Assembly (NCBI GenBank): GCA_010015805.1
Contig: ML978123.1
Location: 930,001-994,000 of the forward strand
Length of the DNA stretch: 64,000 nt
Source: Rhizodiscina lignyota
Taxonomy: Eukaryota
Direction of reading: 5' to 3'
Shown: one piece after another, positions 14,967 through 26,252 of the stretch
Position numbering within the stretch: position 1 is the first letter of the stretch
How the letters are laid out: the number at the start of each line of letters is the position of its first letter
Translations under genes and position numbers: made by a program
The notes under the pieces: generated by a model
Database searches by the model: none
Seen by the model: only the letters and a program-made list of their open reading frames with translations
What the model was told of the DNA's origin: nothing

Positions 14967-15665
14967 ATGCTTTCTTCAATCGCTGTCGCTGTCGTAGCAG
15001 CTGCACCACTAGCCGCCGCGCTGGCTGCAGACATTCCAGTGTTCGAGGAACTTCGAATCCAGCACCTGGTAGCGAGGACAACAACAGACTTTGCGGCCCT
15101 CACCGCGTGCATTCCACCATCGTCTATCCTCGAACCTTCCTTCACCGGTTTACCAACACCGCCAACAGCACTTGAGAGCATCTACATCACCGAGACGGAC
15201 CCGTGCGCTCTTGAGACCCTTTCGCTCCCCAAATCTCTGTCCTCGGAGTATGCCTCATACAGTTCCGCAATTCTTTCCTGGTATAGCAAAAACAAGCCTG
15301 AGATCCAAAGCTATGAATCGGTTGTGTCAAGTGTCGAAGCGTCTCTGCGAAACAATCCCACATGCTCACAATTCCTCGCGCCATCCATCACGTCCCAGGT
15401 CAGCTTGACAACTGGGCTTAACATTTGTACGAGAGTCACCAGTGGCTCTACAAGTGGCGCGACGAGCACATCAGGGAGTGGCTCCTCTGGATCTGGATCT
15501 GCGTCGGCCGCGTCTGCATCAGGCTCTAGCGGTGCGGCTGCCTCCAGCTCTGGCAGCGGCTCTCCAGGCGCAGCGGCGGGCAACCTGGGATCTTCCCGCG
15601 ATACTATGTTGCTTCTCGCGGGAGGTGTTCTGACCGGCTGCATTGCTGCTCTTGCAGCTCTGTGA
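14967..15665 (+). CDS. Secreted, probably GPI-anchored Ser-rich cell-surface protein
   Basis: Signal peptide; PTPP..TDPC..Y.SYSS..SWY domain; S/G-rich linker; hydrophobic C-terminus. Confidence 0.8.
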   Translation: MLSSIAVAVVAAAPLAAALAADIPVFEELRIQHLVARTTTDFAALTACIPPSSILEPSFTGLPTPPTALESIYITETDPCALETLSLPKSLSSEYASYSSAILSWYSKNKPEIQSYESVVSSVEASLRNNPTCSQFLAPSITSQVSLTTGLNICTRVTSGSTSGATSTSGSGSSGSGSASAASASGSSGAAASSSGSGSPGAAAGNLGSSRDTMLLLAGGVLTGCIAALAAL

Positions 15666-16199
15666 GGAGAATCCACTGAGTTCAGTGTGCGGATAAACGA
15701 AGAGACAGCCAGCGTTGAACAGAATTGGACGCTTTGGAAAGGGTATACCAGCTACTTTTGTCACCGGAACGTCTCCGACCTGTAGTACTATTGGAATCAT
15801 CTTGTTGCTTTAAGCAGACATCCTTGACAGGAAACTGTTACTGTGTTAATACATACAACCTTCTGTAAAATGTCACGATGACTTGATTGGAGAAGTATGC
15901 AAAATGAAGTTTAAAGACGATGATTGGCCAAACTCTTTCTAAGCTTCTGCACCCACGCGATTATGTACATGAGATGAGGATCAACAAGGGGTCTTTTCCA
16001 TTTATAACCCTGCCAAGCACCAAGTCCCAAAAAGAGCAAATGCCAAAGCCATGCACAGCCACTCAAACATTCCTACCTTAGTTTTTATTCTCATGAAGTC
16101 TTCGAACACGTCTATCGACGAGTTCACGACGCCACTGATGCAAGAAGACGAGCGTGTGGTGTGTCCCAGGCTCTCACATCTGAGTCGCAACGCGTGGGG

Positions 16200-17633
16200 A
16201 TGCGCGACCTCCGCAATTCCTGGGTAGTTCGAGGTGCAGCTGTCCTCGCGGTTCTGCTCGTCCTCTTCGAACTCTTGCACCTGTTCTCGAACCGATTCGA
16301 CTTCCACCCAACGAGGCTGATACCGACCTTCAACACCGATCAAAAACCGTCAAACGAGCCAACTACGAAGCCTCCTCCAAGACCATCCTCGAACAACACC
16401 GACCCACAAGATGCGGCATGTGCAGGGCTGGAAGGGGCAGATCGCATCGTTGTCGTGGTGAAGACTGGTGCCACAGAAGCCAACCTGAAAGTTCCACCCC
16501 AATTGCGAACATCATTGCGATGCGCTCCAAATATATTCATCTTCTCCGACATGGAGCAGACGATTGGAAAGCACAAAGTCCACGACGCCCTGAAGAATGT
16601 CCGGGATGAAATCAAAGACGGCAGTCCAGACTTTCATATTTATCGAGAACAGCAGAAGTTGAAGGATCCGGACAAGATCATCGAAACCCTCAGTGGGATG
16701 AGAACTCCCGACTCGGCTGATCTGGCAGCATGGACACTTGACAAATACAAGAATATACATATTGCGGAAGACATTTGGGAGCTACAACCGAATTATGACT
16801 GGTATCTCTACATCGATGCAGATACATATGTCATGTGGCCGACGCTGTTACAATGGACGAAAAGGCTCGATCCAGACAAAATCTCCTATATGGGTGCGAA
16901 GGCCACTCTTGACGATCGTCTGTTTGCACATGGTGGAACAGGATATCTTTTATCTAGGGCTGCTATGTTCAAAATCGTCGTCGAAAACAACGGCACTGCT
17001 GCCCGATGGGATCCAAGGGCCAACGAGGAATGTTGCGGCGACCTTCTCCTTGCACTGGCCATCAAAGAGTATGGAATCGACTTAATAAATGTCTCTCCGA
17101 CGATGAATGGGTATGAACCGGACACAATACCTTTCGATAAGAACCGCTGGTGCCAATATGTTGCCACAATGCATCACATTACCCCCGACAAGTTCGAGAA
17201 CATCGCACAGTTTGAGGCAGATCGTGCGGACAAGACCGTGAGTTGAATCTATTCATGAGAATATATGCGAACATTAACAAATTTGGTCGTTCGGCAGAAA
17301 CCAATCAGATACGCCGACATCTTCGACTACTACTTTGCCAAGAATATGCCCACCGACCGCGATCATTGGGATAATTGGTCGCAAGGAGAAGAGGGGCTAA
17401 TAGATGCACACTCTAAGGAAGAGTGCAAAGAGGCTTGCAAACAGAACCCAAGGTGTACACAAACTAAATGGGACGGTGAGCAGTGTATTGTGGAAGTCGA
17501 CAGAATCACCATGGGAATGGCACGAGGTGACGAGGATGGCAAGAGTTGGTACTCCACATGGGACCCAGATCGAATCAAGAAGTGGGTTTCGGAGCAGGGG
17601 ACGTGCGCTCTATCATTTCCTGGTGAAGTTTAG
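16200..17633 (+). CDS. Glycosyltransferase family 31 (fringe-like)
   Basis: N-terminal membrane anchor; VKTGATE, LDKYK, DWYLYIDADTY (DxD), FAHGGTGYLLSR, CCGD, TMHH. Intron 17238-17297. The start codon is uncertain. Confidence 0.85.
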
Positions 17634-18235
17634 GTTCGTTGTCATTTGAGCGAAACGTTGCGACCGCAAGATCCTATGATCCTACGCAAAGTTCGAATCC
17701 AGCATCTCTCGGGCCAGAAGGCTATTGGCTCAGCTAGTTCCGAGTGCTGAGAGACGCTTGTCAGGATGCAGAAGCAGTCTCTTTCCTCCGGTCAAATTCT
17801 GAGGGAAATCTCAGAGCAAGAGACCTCGCAGAGCTGGCATGTGGCATCTAGCTATTGGATTCTTAAAGGATCGCGGACAGCATAGTGCGCCTTCCAACAG
17901 CAGGACTACTGCTCGCATGTCGCAGCTAGAATGATTTGGATTAGTGGTTGTTCCGAGCTTACAGTGCATGTGGAGGTCAGCGTTCGTGAACGGTGGGGAT
18001 GCGCAAAGGACTTCCTTGCCGATATACGAGGAGTTCGGTCAGCACCATATCTAAAGATCTACAACATTTGAAATTCCCAAATTTAAAGTATGTTCATTAC
18101 ATGGCCCAAATGCTGATGGGGCCGCATTACATTATCATTCTGGCGTTTTTTCAAGCCACATAGAATGCAGGCCGATACTGAGCTGCTCAAGGACTGCTCT
18201 GACAACTAATAAGCAGAAACCTGTGCCTTAGGACT

Positions 18236-19874
18236 CTATGTTGAGGGGATGTAGCGACTCTTTGCTCTTACTTCTGGTCCAAATTTGTACAACAACCACG
18301 GAGCTGGCGTGAGAAGGAGAACAATACCGCCGAGTAAGCTTGTCGCCGGACCAATACCGAAACGCTCGTACATTTGGATCGTAAACAAGGGAAATGCGCC
18401 GCCCAAGAGGCTGCGGAGCATGGCCACTGTAGCAGTTGCGGAAGCCCCAACAAGCGGGCCATACACCTCGACGACATAAGTTGCATAAGCGGTCTGTATA
18501 AGGTTGTTAGGTTCAATGTATTACCTTCCTCCGTCCGAAGGGATTTGAGAGGAGACTTACAAATACGAGGAAATTCCCAGCTGCAAAAAAGGCAGATCCG
18601 GAGATGCATACAATCCAGTGTACGCTGGACCGCGCTGTCCAACCGACCCAGAACAGACCAATTGGTACTAAAATAGTGCCATGAAGCGCTGTGACGAGAC
18701 GGTTCTCAGGAGGGAATTTCACCATCTTCCCCTCTTTCATGGCCTTAATTATCTTCCCTTTCGTAATTCGAATGCGTAGGAGAGTGTAAAGGAAGGCAAT
18801 AATATTGCCAGCCGCTAACCCCAAGAATGTAAGGCCTTGTGCGCCGAGATCGAATCCGTATTGGGTGATAAAGATGTAAGGAAATGCGGCGAACAGTGCG
18901 TAATATATGGCGAACACGATGCCGATGTAGAAAGCCAGCGAACCGACTATGATTTCGGAGAAGAACATCTTCCACGGCCTCAGAAGAGTTGAGGTCATCA
19001 AAACATTCAGCCTTCGGTGAACTGAGAGCTCAGAGTCTCCATCTGAATCAGACAATCCGATTTTATGGGCGTGGCGAGCCAATATGACTTGTTTGTTTGT
19101 TTCTTTCATCCCGAGCGCAAAGAGCAGGGACGTGGCAGCGAGTATGCAGATAATCCACTGCGACCACCGCCAGCTCGTGGCTGGGATGACGAAACCGGAA
19201 ATAAGAGGACTGACAGTAAACAGTTAGACACAGCACCCGTTATGGGGTCAAGGAGGAGAGCTATTACCCTAATGATGGTCCGAGAAATGGTATCATTGTA
19301 AGAGTGGCGAGAGGAATTGGTCTTTGCTGCGGCGTCCAGATATCTGCCATTGTGCCCGCAGACACACTAAGTACTGGGCTGCCGAAGACACCAGCAAAGA
19401 ATCGGCATATCGTCAAAGACGCAATTGATTGCGAGAGTCCGGCTCCCAGAGTGAACAAACCGAATAATAGCATGCATGGCACATATGTCCCTCGTCGTCC
19501 GAAGTTCTCGCTGAGCGGAGCGGCTAAGAGTGGCCCCAGAGCTTGGCCAAACACATAGAATGAATATGGGAGTATTGCAATCGTTAGAGAAACATTGAAA
19601 CGCTCGATAATTGAATTGCGCGCGGGCATGTATATGGACGAGGCGATAGTCCTGTCAAACACAGAATGTGTTAGCGATCAGTTGGTCTCATCCAGCGATA
19701 AGATAAGGGGAGGGCATACACAGTAAAACAGAATATCGAAGAAATGGCTGTATGGTATAGCTTATTCAACAGACTCCACTTGTATGGGTCGTCTGGGCCT
19801 TCAGCGTTGGGAATTGAGCCCTTTCGGCCCACCTTGCCTTTCTCTACCACGTCGACTGAAAACGACGACTTCAT
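18236..19874 (-). CDS. MFS drug:H+ antiporter (DHA1-like)
   Basis: DDPYKWS, GPLLAAPLSENFGRR, RFFAG, WRW, PPENRL. Four exons splice in frame. Confidence 0.9.
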
Positions 19875-21443
19875 TGTGATGGTCTTTCAAACTTCCAAAT
19901 TGAAGGTAATAAGAAATTGAAGTCTTAGAAAGCAATGTGCAGAGTATATCGACCTGGGCCCGAGGTGATCCAGGACATTCCATTATGAAGAATCAAGAAA
20001 GAATAGAAATTCAGAAGGAGTGTTTGTCCTTTGCATAAATTACATGCTGCATGAGCTATTTTAAATGATTTGGCATGCAAAATTGGGTCAATTCCTAATC
20101 AAAATAATCTGAGTTGAGAAGGAGAAGCGAATGTCGTGTGGCATGGATACAAACTGCGATGACTGCATTGTTGAAGTGCTTTTGTGAAACTCCATGACAC
20201 TGAAACCCAATAGATAAGCAAGTTGCTCGTAACTTTATATAGACAACGTTAGATATGCGGGACTGACCTGGCGGAGGTAATATCAAGGTTCTTTATATGG
20301 CAAACATCGGTCGTTTGGATCACATCCAGTCAGTGCATTTTTGCAGGGATGATAGCAGAACTAACACACCTGGACCTGTGTCCTTCTGGCAAAATAACGT
20401 GAAGAGGAAGGGCACAGCAAGCATCTCATCTGTATGTGCTGCTGCATTCAATTCGAATTAAGCCAATTGAGGTAATTGAGATAGGAAGGCGGCCGCTTCG
20501 TATCAGCCGCTTCGCCTTTCTCGTTGTCTCGAAGTTGGACTGAAAGTCAATTCTCTCTGTCCTTGCTGTGAAGCAGCATATCGTGACACTGGAACATCCT
20601 GTGTGTTCGAGCAGAGCACAAGGTCATCTCAGGACGTTGCGAATTTGCGCAAAGCCCAGATTCAAAAAGTCGCAAATTTTTCCATTTTTGGCAAGGCTCA
20701 CTTAACTATGTAGCCAATTTCCGTATTAAGATAAATTTTGGGGGTTTTCGAGATTAGTCAAGTCATGATTTGACGTCCAACTAGAGTACGGAGTAAACGT
20801 CGGCCAACCACCGGCCGCATACCAGACTCTTAGGTGAGCCTTTCCCACATGCATCCCAGATGAATTTAATCTATATCATCTCCGGAGATCTTGGGCTTGG
20901 CCTCCCCTCTCTTCGTTGCTATATCTGGTGCTAACCATAAAAAGTGGGCCATCTTTCCTTTCTCGTGCGGCTTGCGATCCTTTGAACGGCAGCGTCGGCG
21001 ATACTCCATCAATAGGATAACTGCAGAGGTTGCCTATCCATTTTTCATGGTTCCCCATTCTGTGTGATCCTAATGATGACTGGAGAATATCGCAAGCTCG
21101 GTCTTCTGTAATCAATCTCGTGGCCTGCCCTTCTCGTATTCCGCACACCAGCAGCAGGCCAGCATGGGTCTTCTTCCTCAGACCTCAAACTCAGGTAATT
21201 GAGTTGTCGTTGGGAAGAACACGGAGGTGCCCTTCTGCGCGTTTCAGCTCACACATATCTAAATCATGCAGTTACCGCTGGGTTCTGGATGCATCCCTAA
21301 ATAGATGTTGTTCAAGGAAGAGGCCTCTTGTTGCACATAGAGGCTTCGCTTAATAGAACTCAAAAATAATCCGAACGAGGCGCCTGAGATGGATAAATTA
21401 TCTGTCCTGCTCCAGTGTCTCGCTCTTCAACAGGTCGGTCACA

Positions 21444-23232
21444 ATGTTTATCATAGTTATACATCGTCTTCTTCAGTCTCAGTGGCTTCTCCCACTTTTG
21501 TCCAGCTGTCTCTTGTCTTTATGGTTCGGAAAACTGCGATACAGGCGTATAAATAACGCCGTTGTGGGAGTATCTGCTCCAAAGATACGAACATGTCTAC
21601 CATTTGGTAAGTGCCACAGCTTAAACAGCTAAGAAAACCCTTGGCTGAGGTCCGCTCCGGATTTCTCCGAAACATATCAACAATCTGACGAGCTGTACAG
21701 GCCTTGGGCTTGCATATCATGGCTATAAAGCTGTCCGTGGTTGCAGGAGCCTTGAGTTCTGGAAATCATTCTTCCAAGAGAATGGTACGAAGGAATTCCC
21801 GTACACCGTTGAGTCAAAATTGGGCTCTGTACGATACATTCTCACCGCCGACCATGAAATTGTGAGGGCTGTCCTCGCCACTCAATTTGAAGACTTCGAA
21901 AAGGGGGAGCATTTCAACCGTCAATGGCACGAGTTTCTTGGAGACAGCGTTTTCACAACAGGTAATTGATTCTTCATACTGCTCTTTCGACCTAGTGCAG
22001 AAGAATGTACTGACACTTGTTGCTGCAGATGGCCAATCTTGGCACCGGAGACGCCGCAGAATACGACACATAATGGTCAAAGAGCGAATGACGGATTTAT
22101 TGATCTTCGAGAAGCACTGTCAGAAACTTATCAACCATATTCATGGTTGCGGACACGAGACCGAAATACAAAGTCTCCTTTTCCAGTTCACTCTGGATGT
22201 CGCAAGCGAGTTCTTGTTTGGGGAGACAGTTGGAAGCTTGGATAATCCACGAGTGGAATTTGCTACTGCACTTGCTGATGTCCAGAAAGTCCAGGCTCTC
22301 CTGGCAAGGTCGGGGTAAGCTTGACTTAAATACCATTTCCCAAATTCATCGCTTACGTCGACGGTAGGTCCTTATTTTGGCTCGCGCCTCGTGGAAAACT
22401 GCGCAAAGGGATGAAAGTCATAGATGCCCTGATTAAGCCATATCTCGACCGCGCCCTTGAAATCACGGACGAGGAACTGGAAAGAAACTCCAACTCGTCG
22501 TCCAAGAGTTTTACGTTCCTCCACGCCTTGGCTCGCACTACACGAGATCGCCAGGAGATGCATGACGAGCTTGTCAACCTCCTCTTCGCTGGGAGGGATA
22601 CAACTGCCGCTACACTATCTTGGCTCTTCTACGAGCTTTCAGACAAGCCTGAGATTGTCCAGAAGATTCAGTCGGAGATCGATTCTGTGCTTGGCCAGGA
22701 CCAAGATCGAATGCCAACTTTCGAAGAGCTGAAAGAAATGAGGTACCTGCGGCACACAGTGGATGAGACATTGCGCCTCTACCCGCCTGTCCCAATCAAT
22801 GTGAGACATGCAGCTCGCGATACTACCATCTCCACGAGTAAATCAAAAGCGCCTCTTCTCATCCGGAAGGGCGATGCAATAGCATATTCTACACTCCTGC
22901 TTCAGCACAGACCAGATATCTACCCACCCACCTCATCGACGTTTGCCCCACCCGAAGAATTTTCCCCAGAGCGCTGGGACCATTGGACGCCTATGCCCTG
23001 GACATACATCCCGTTCAACGGCGGCCCAAGGATCTGTGTTGGTCAACAATTTGCTTTGACGGAAATCTACTTTACGACTGTCAGAATTCTGCAATGCTTT
23101 AGGAAATTGGAAAGAGTCGATGATCCAAGAATTGGACTGGATGGAGATGACCGGAAGCAGTTTATGTCGTCACACATTGTTGGTCAACCGGGCCGTCCTG
23201 TACGGATCCGATTTTGGGAAAACAGTGATTAA
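21444..23232 (+). CDS. Cytochrome P450, CYP52 clan
   Basis: FLGDSVFTTDG, AGRDTT, ETLRLYP, PERW, FNGGPRICVG (heme Cys). Introns 21607-21700, 21962-22028 and 22315-22367 all keep frame. Confidence 0.92.
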
Positions 23233-23379
23233 TGACACTTTCGCAAGGGAACACATTCCGGCGCTGAAATTAGATTGGCCCAATCGAGAGTTAGATAACT
23301 AGTTCGTTTAATGGTTGAGGATGGAATTAGAATTGATGTTCCACCCGCTCTACATCAGATATTTCTTTATTCTCAGCTT

Positions 23380-23844
23380 TCATCTTTTGTACGGCCCAAC
23401 GCCCGTAATATCCTGCACCAAGCTCGCTATGGGACTCCAGCAACAGTACAATTTCAAGTCTTTTATCAGCCCATCCGGAGTAAAAACAGCCACTTCCGTC
23501 TCATAAAATGGATCCAACACCGTATCATGAAGTATGAGACGTTTTGTGGTCTCGCAGAAGACCTTCGACCCGTCCGCATCTGGGATACTCGACGATGCGA
23601 GCACACGCCGTTCATCAAATCGCCAGTATCTGTCACCCATGATGTCTTTGAGCTTTAGAATGGCTGCTTCTCGGCCAATCGCTGGTGAGGCGTGTTCTCT
23701 CATGCCTTTGAGCCATGTTTTGCAATCCGGTGTGAAGAACGCAGCGAACTTGTCGAATTCTTCGTTGGACGAGGAAGGTTTCAAGTCTCTGATCGTCTGG
23801 TATAGTTCGTCCAACGTTTGGAGATTGTCCTCTGCGGGCGCCAT
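23380..23844 (-). CDS. SnoaL/NTF2-like small protein
   Basis: 154-aa intronless ORF with FAAFFTPDC, IGREA and VFTPDGLIKDLKLY, a pattern typical of the SnoaL-like fold. Confidence 0.7.
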   Translation of the reverse strand: MAPAEDNLQTLDELYQTIRDLKPSSSNEEFDKFAAFFTPDCKTWLKGMREHASPAIGREAAILKLKDIMGDRYWRFDERRVLASSSIPDADGSKVFCETTKRLILHDTVLDPFYETEVAVFTPDGLIKDLKLYCCWSPIASLVQDITGVGPYKR

Positions 23845-24266
23845 AACCGAGGATATGATTCAGGCTTTCGGGATGAGCGAAATGGGATATTGAAGCTCAC
23901 GTTGGTTAGTATGGACGGAGAGCCTAATATCTACTCACAACCTCAGTGATATTCTTTTGTAATCTTCCAGCCAAGCCGAGGCCTACATATTCATTATACT
24001 TATGAGTATACACTTGACCCCGTTATCAACATCCCACTGGGGAAACCATCTTGATTAGGAAAGTTCATGCGATTTTCCCCTGAATGCGGAGAAGCGATCT
24101 CCATCCTTCAGGACATTGCCAGTCACCGAGAGGAGCAAGACATGCATGACTTCTTTGTCATTTACTCATCGCTACCAAAGGAAAGAGTGGTATGCGGATT
24201 TACGTATGCTTCCTAATAAATAGCTTGCGGAGTACTGACTGACAAACCACCGTCCTACTTTCAACT

Positions 24267-24779
24267 TCACTCTGCCTCGCAACTGGAACTACACTTTTTA
24301 CACTGACATAAACATTTCGACAACCCCCGGTATCCAGGCATGACAATCTCCCCATCAAGGAACTTATCCTCCTCCCAACCCAGCGTCGTGTACGAGCGCG
24401 AGCAATCGAAAAGGTACGCCTCGTCCAGGAAAATGGCCTCTCCGAAAATCGGCTCCTTCGCAACCCTCTCCCACGTGTCGTAGTCCGGGAACCAGATCTC
24501 CACGATGCCGTCGAAGGGCATGATCTCGAACTTCAGCTCCGAGGAAGGGTTGTTCTTCCGCGCTTCGACCATGGGCTTCAGGAGACTCCGCGTTGCTTCG
24601 GTACAATGGTATTGCGTGTATCTGACCACGCCTTGCCGTCGCATTGCCTCCAGCGGGTTCCGGGCATGGTGGTTCCTCCAGTGGTCGTGGAATTCGTCCT
24701 CGGTGAGCTTTGGGTTCTTGAATAGGTATGAGGTATATTTTAGAAGCTTGCCCGGAGGAGCGTCGCCGGTCTTGGACAT
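24267..24779 (-). CDS. EthD-domain (dimeric alpha/beta barrel) protein
   Basis: KNPKLTEDEFHDHWRNHHA, VRYTQYH, FDGIVEIWF, DEAYLFD. Confidence 0.85.
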   Translation of the reverse strand: MSKTGDAPPGKLLKYTSYLFKNPKLTEDEFHDHWRNHHARNPLEAMRRQGVVRYTQYHCTEATRSLLKPMVEARKNNPSSELKFEIMPFDGIVEIWFPDYDTWERVAKEPIFGEAIFLDEAYLFDCSRSYTTLGWEEDKFLDGEIVMPGYRGLSKCLCQCKKCSSSCEAE

Positions 24780-25213
24780 TGTGACTGTGCTGAGAAATGA
24801 ACTGAAGTGGATTATATATTAACACGAAGGCACAGGTAGGAACAATTTAGGAATTTATAATGACAGTGCTGGTTGATACTTATATTCAATTTCCCCCCGC
24901 AAATGCTTTTCCGCTGACAGTTACGACGAAATCGTGGATCAAGCAAAGAGCTGTCACGGATAAATACAACCACTAATAGACAATAGCAATAATATATGAG
25001 CTTAAACAGAATAACTCATCTCGTGCTCATACTGGAGAATTGTTTCTCATGCCAGAGTTCATGGACGACAAAATTAAGTTTTAGGTTGCGTGGACCCGCA
25101 ACATGGGTGTGGTATGCCACCGAATCGGTTCGTTTCCGGGTACCTACCTCCCTCAAGCTTTGGAGCCCTGTCTGCGCGGAACAGCTACATTCGAGACTCC
25201 AAGGAGGACTTTA

Positions 25214-25410
25214 CGAAGGAGCTGGATTTCAGCGAGCGAACAGTCTACAGAGCCAATTTATTACAACCCCCTTCAGTAATTCCGAGAAAGTTCCGCAAAT
25301 TAGAATCTTACATTCGAGGTTAGCAGGGAGTAGCTTGCCATTCCTACCTTATAAGATTTACTTCTCGTCATCGCGGAAAAGAGGCGTCGTTGTAAGTCTT
25401 ACACGCTTAC
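25214..25410 (+). repeat. Dispersed repeat copy 1 (degenerate coding fragment)
   Basis: Collinear with 34722-34918; shared blocks CGAAGGAGCT, GCGAGCGAACAGTCT, CAGGGAGTAGCTT, CTTCTCGTC, CGGAAAAGAG, AAGTCTTA. Confidence 0.85.
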
Positions 25411-26252
25411 AAGAAACTTTCCTTTATGGGAAGCTGAGATAATGCGCACAGGAACAGCTGTATTGGAGAGGACTTTACTCTGTAGGCGTGGGAGATACGG
25501 AGGGCGATCAGATAGCCGAGCCAGAAAGGTTGTAGTAAAAGGGACGGTGGTTCTTCCCCATGAACGAAAGCATCTCCGAAAGATCAATGGCACATCCACC
25601 AAGCAGCCCTTATCCAGAACACACCGCTTCAGTGAGTGTGATCTGTACTGCCTCAAGAAGATACATATCCTCGCAGTTCGGCATATTGTACTCACGACTC
25701 AGCTTTTATCACCGCCTCAATAGAGCACAAACCCACATCGAAAGAAGGAGCATGTTGCAAGATGAAGAATGAATTCGTCCGGTCCTCATGATACACATTA
25801 CGCGACATCTCGTGTCGTCAAGCGGCAAAGCCAGCAGAGCAGAAGCGATAAAAGCAAAAGCCACACACGCGTGGCGAATGAGTGAGCTAATGAGACAGAA
25901 AGGGGCCCCCCTCCAGCGAGGGGCCAGGCCGCCGGTGCTTTTTTGTAAGTCTCGGAAAACGCCCTGGTGCCCAAGAGAGAAAAGTTGGAAGCGCAAAGTA
26001 CATCTTGTGAGAAAAAAGGTTAAAAGTGAGCTGATTGAAGCTCCACGTTTCACGTCCCTAAGAAATCGAAAGAAAAATCGAAACAAGCATAAGCCCCGCA
26101 AAAGGAGGCGCAAAGTGGTATCACACAGCCATCCAACCCAGTCTCCCATATTAGCCCGAGAGCCCGTCTTCATATCAAAACGCCTGAGAACAAACCATTG
26201 TGAACCCATATCCAGTAAATGCACCCCTTTTTGTTCCCCATATGCAACACCC

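Noticed and set aside
20876..21353. Short ORFs between the MFS and P450 genes as a cluster regulator or synthase remnant
   Set aside because: No recognisable motif in the frames examined; a BLASTx search would be needed.
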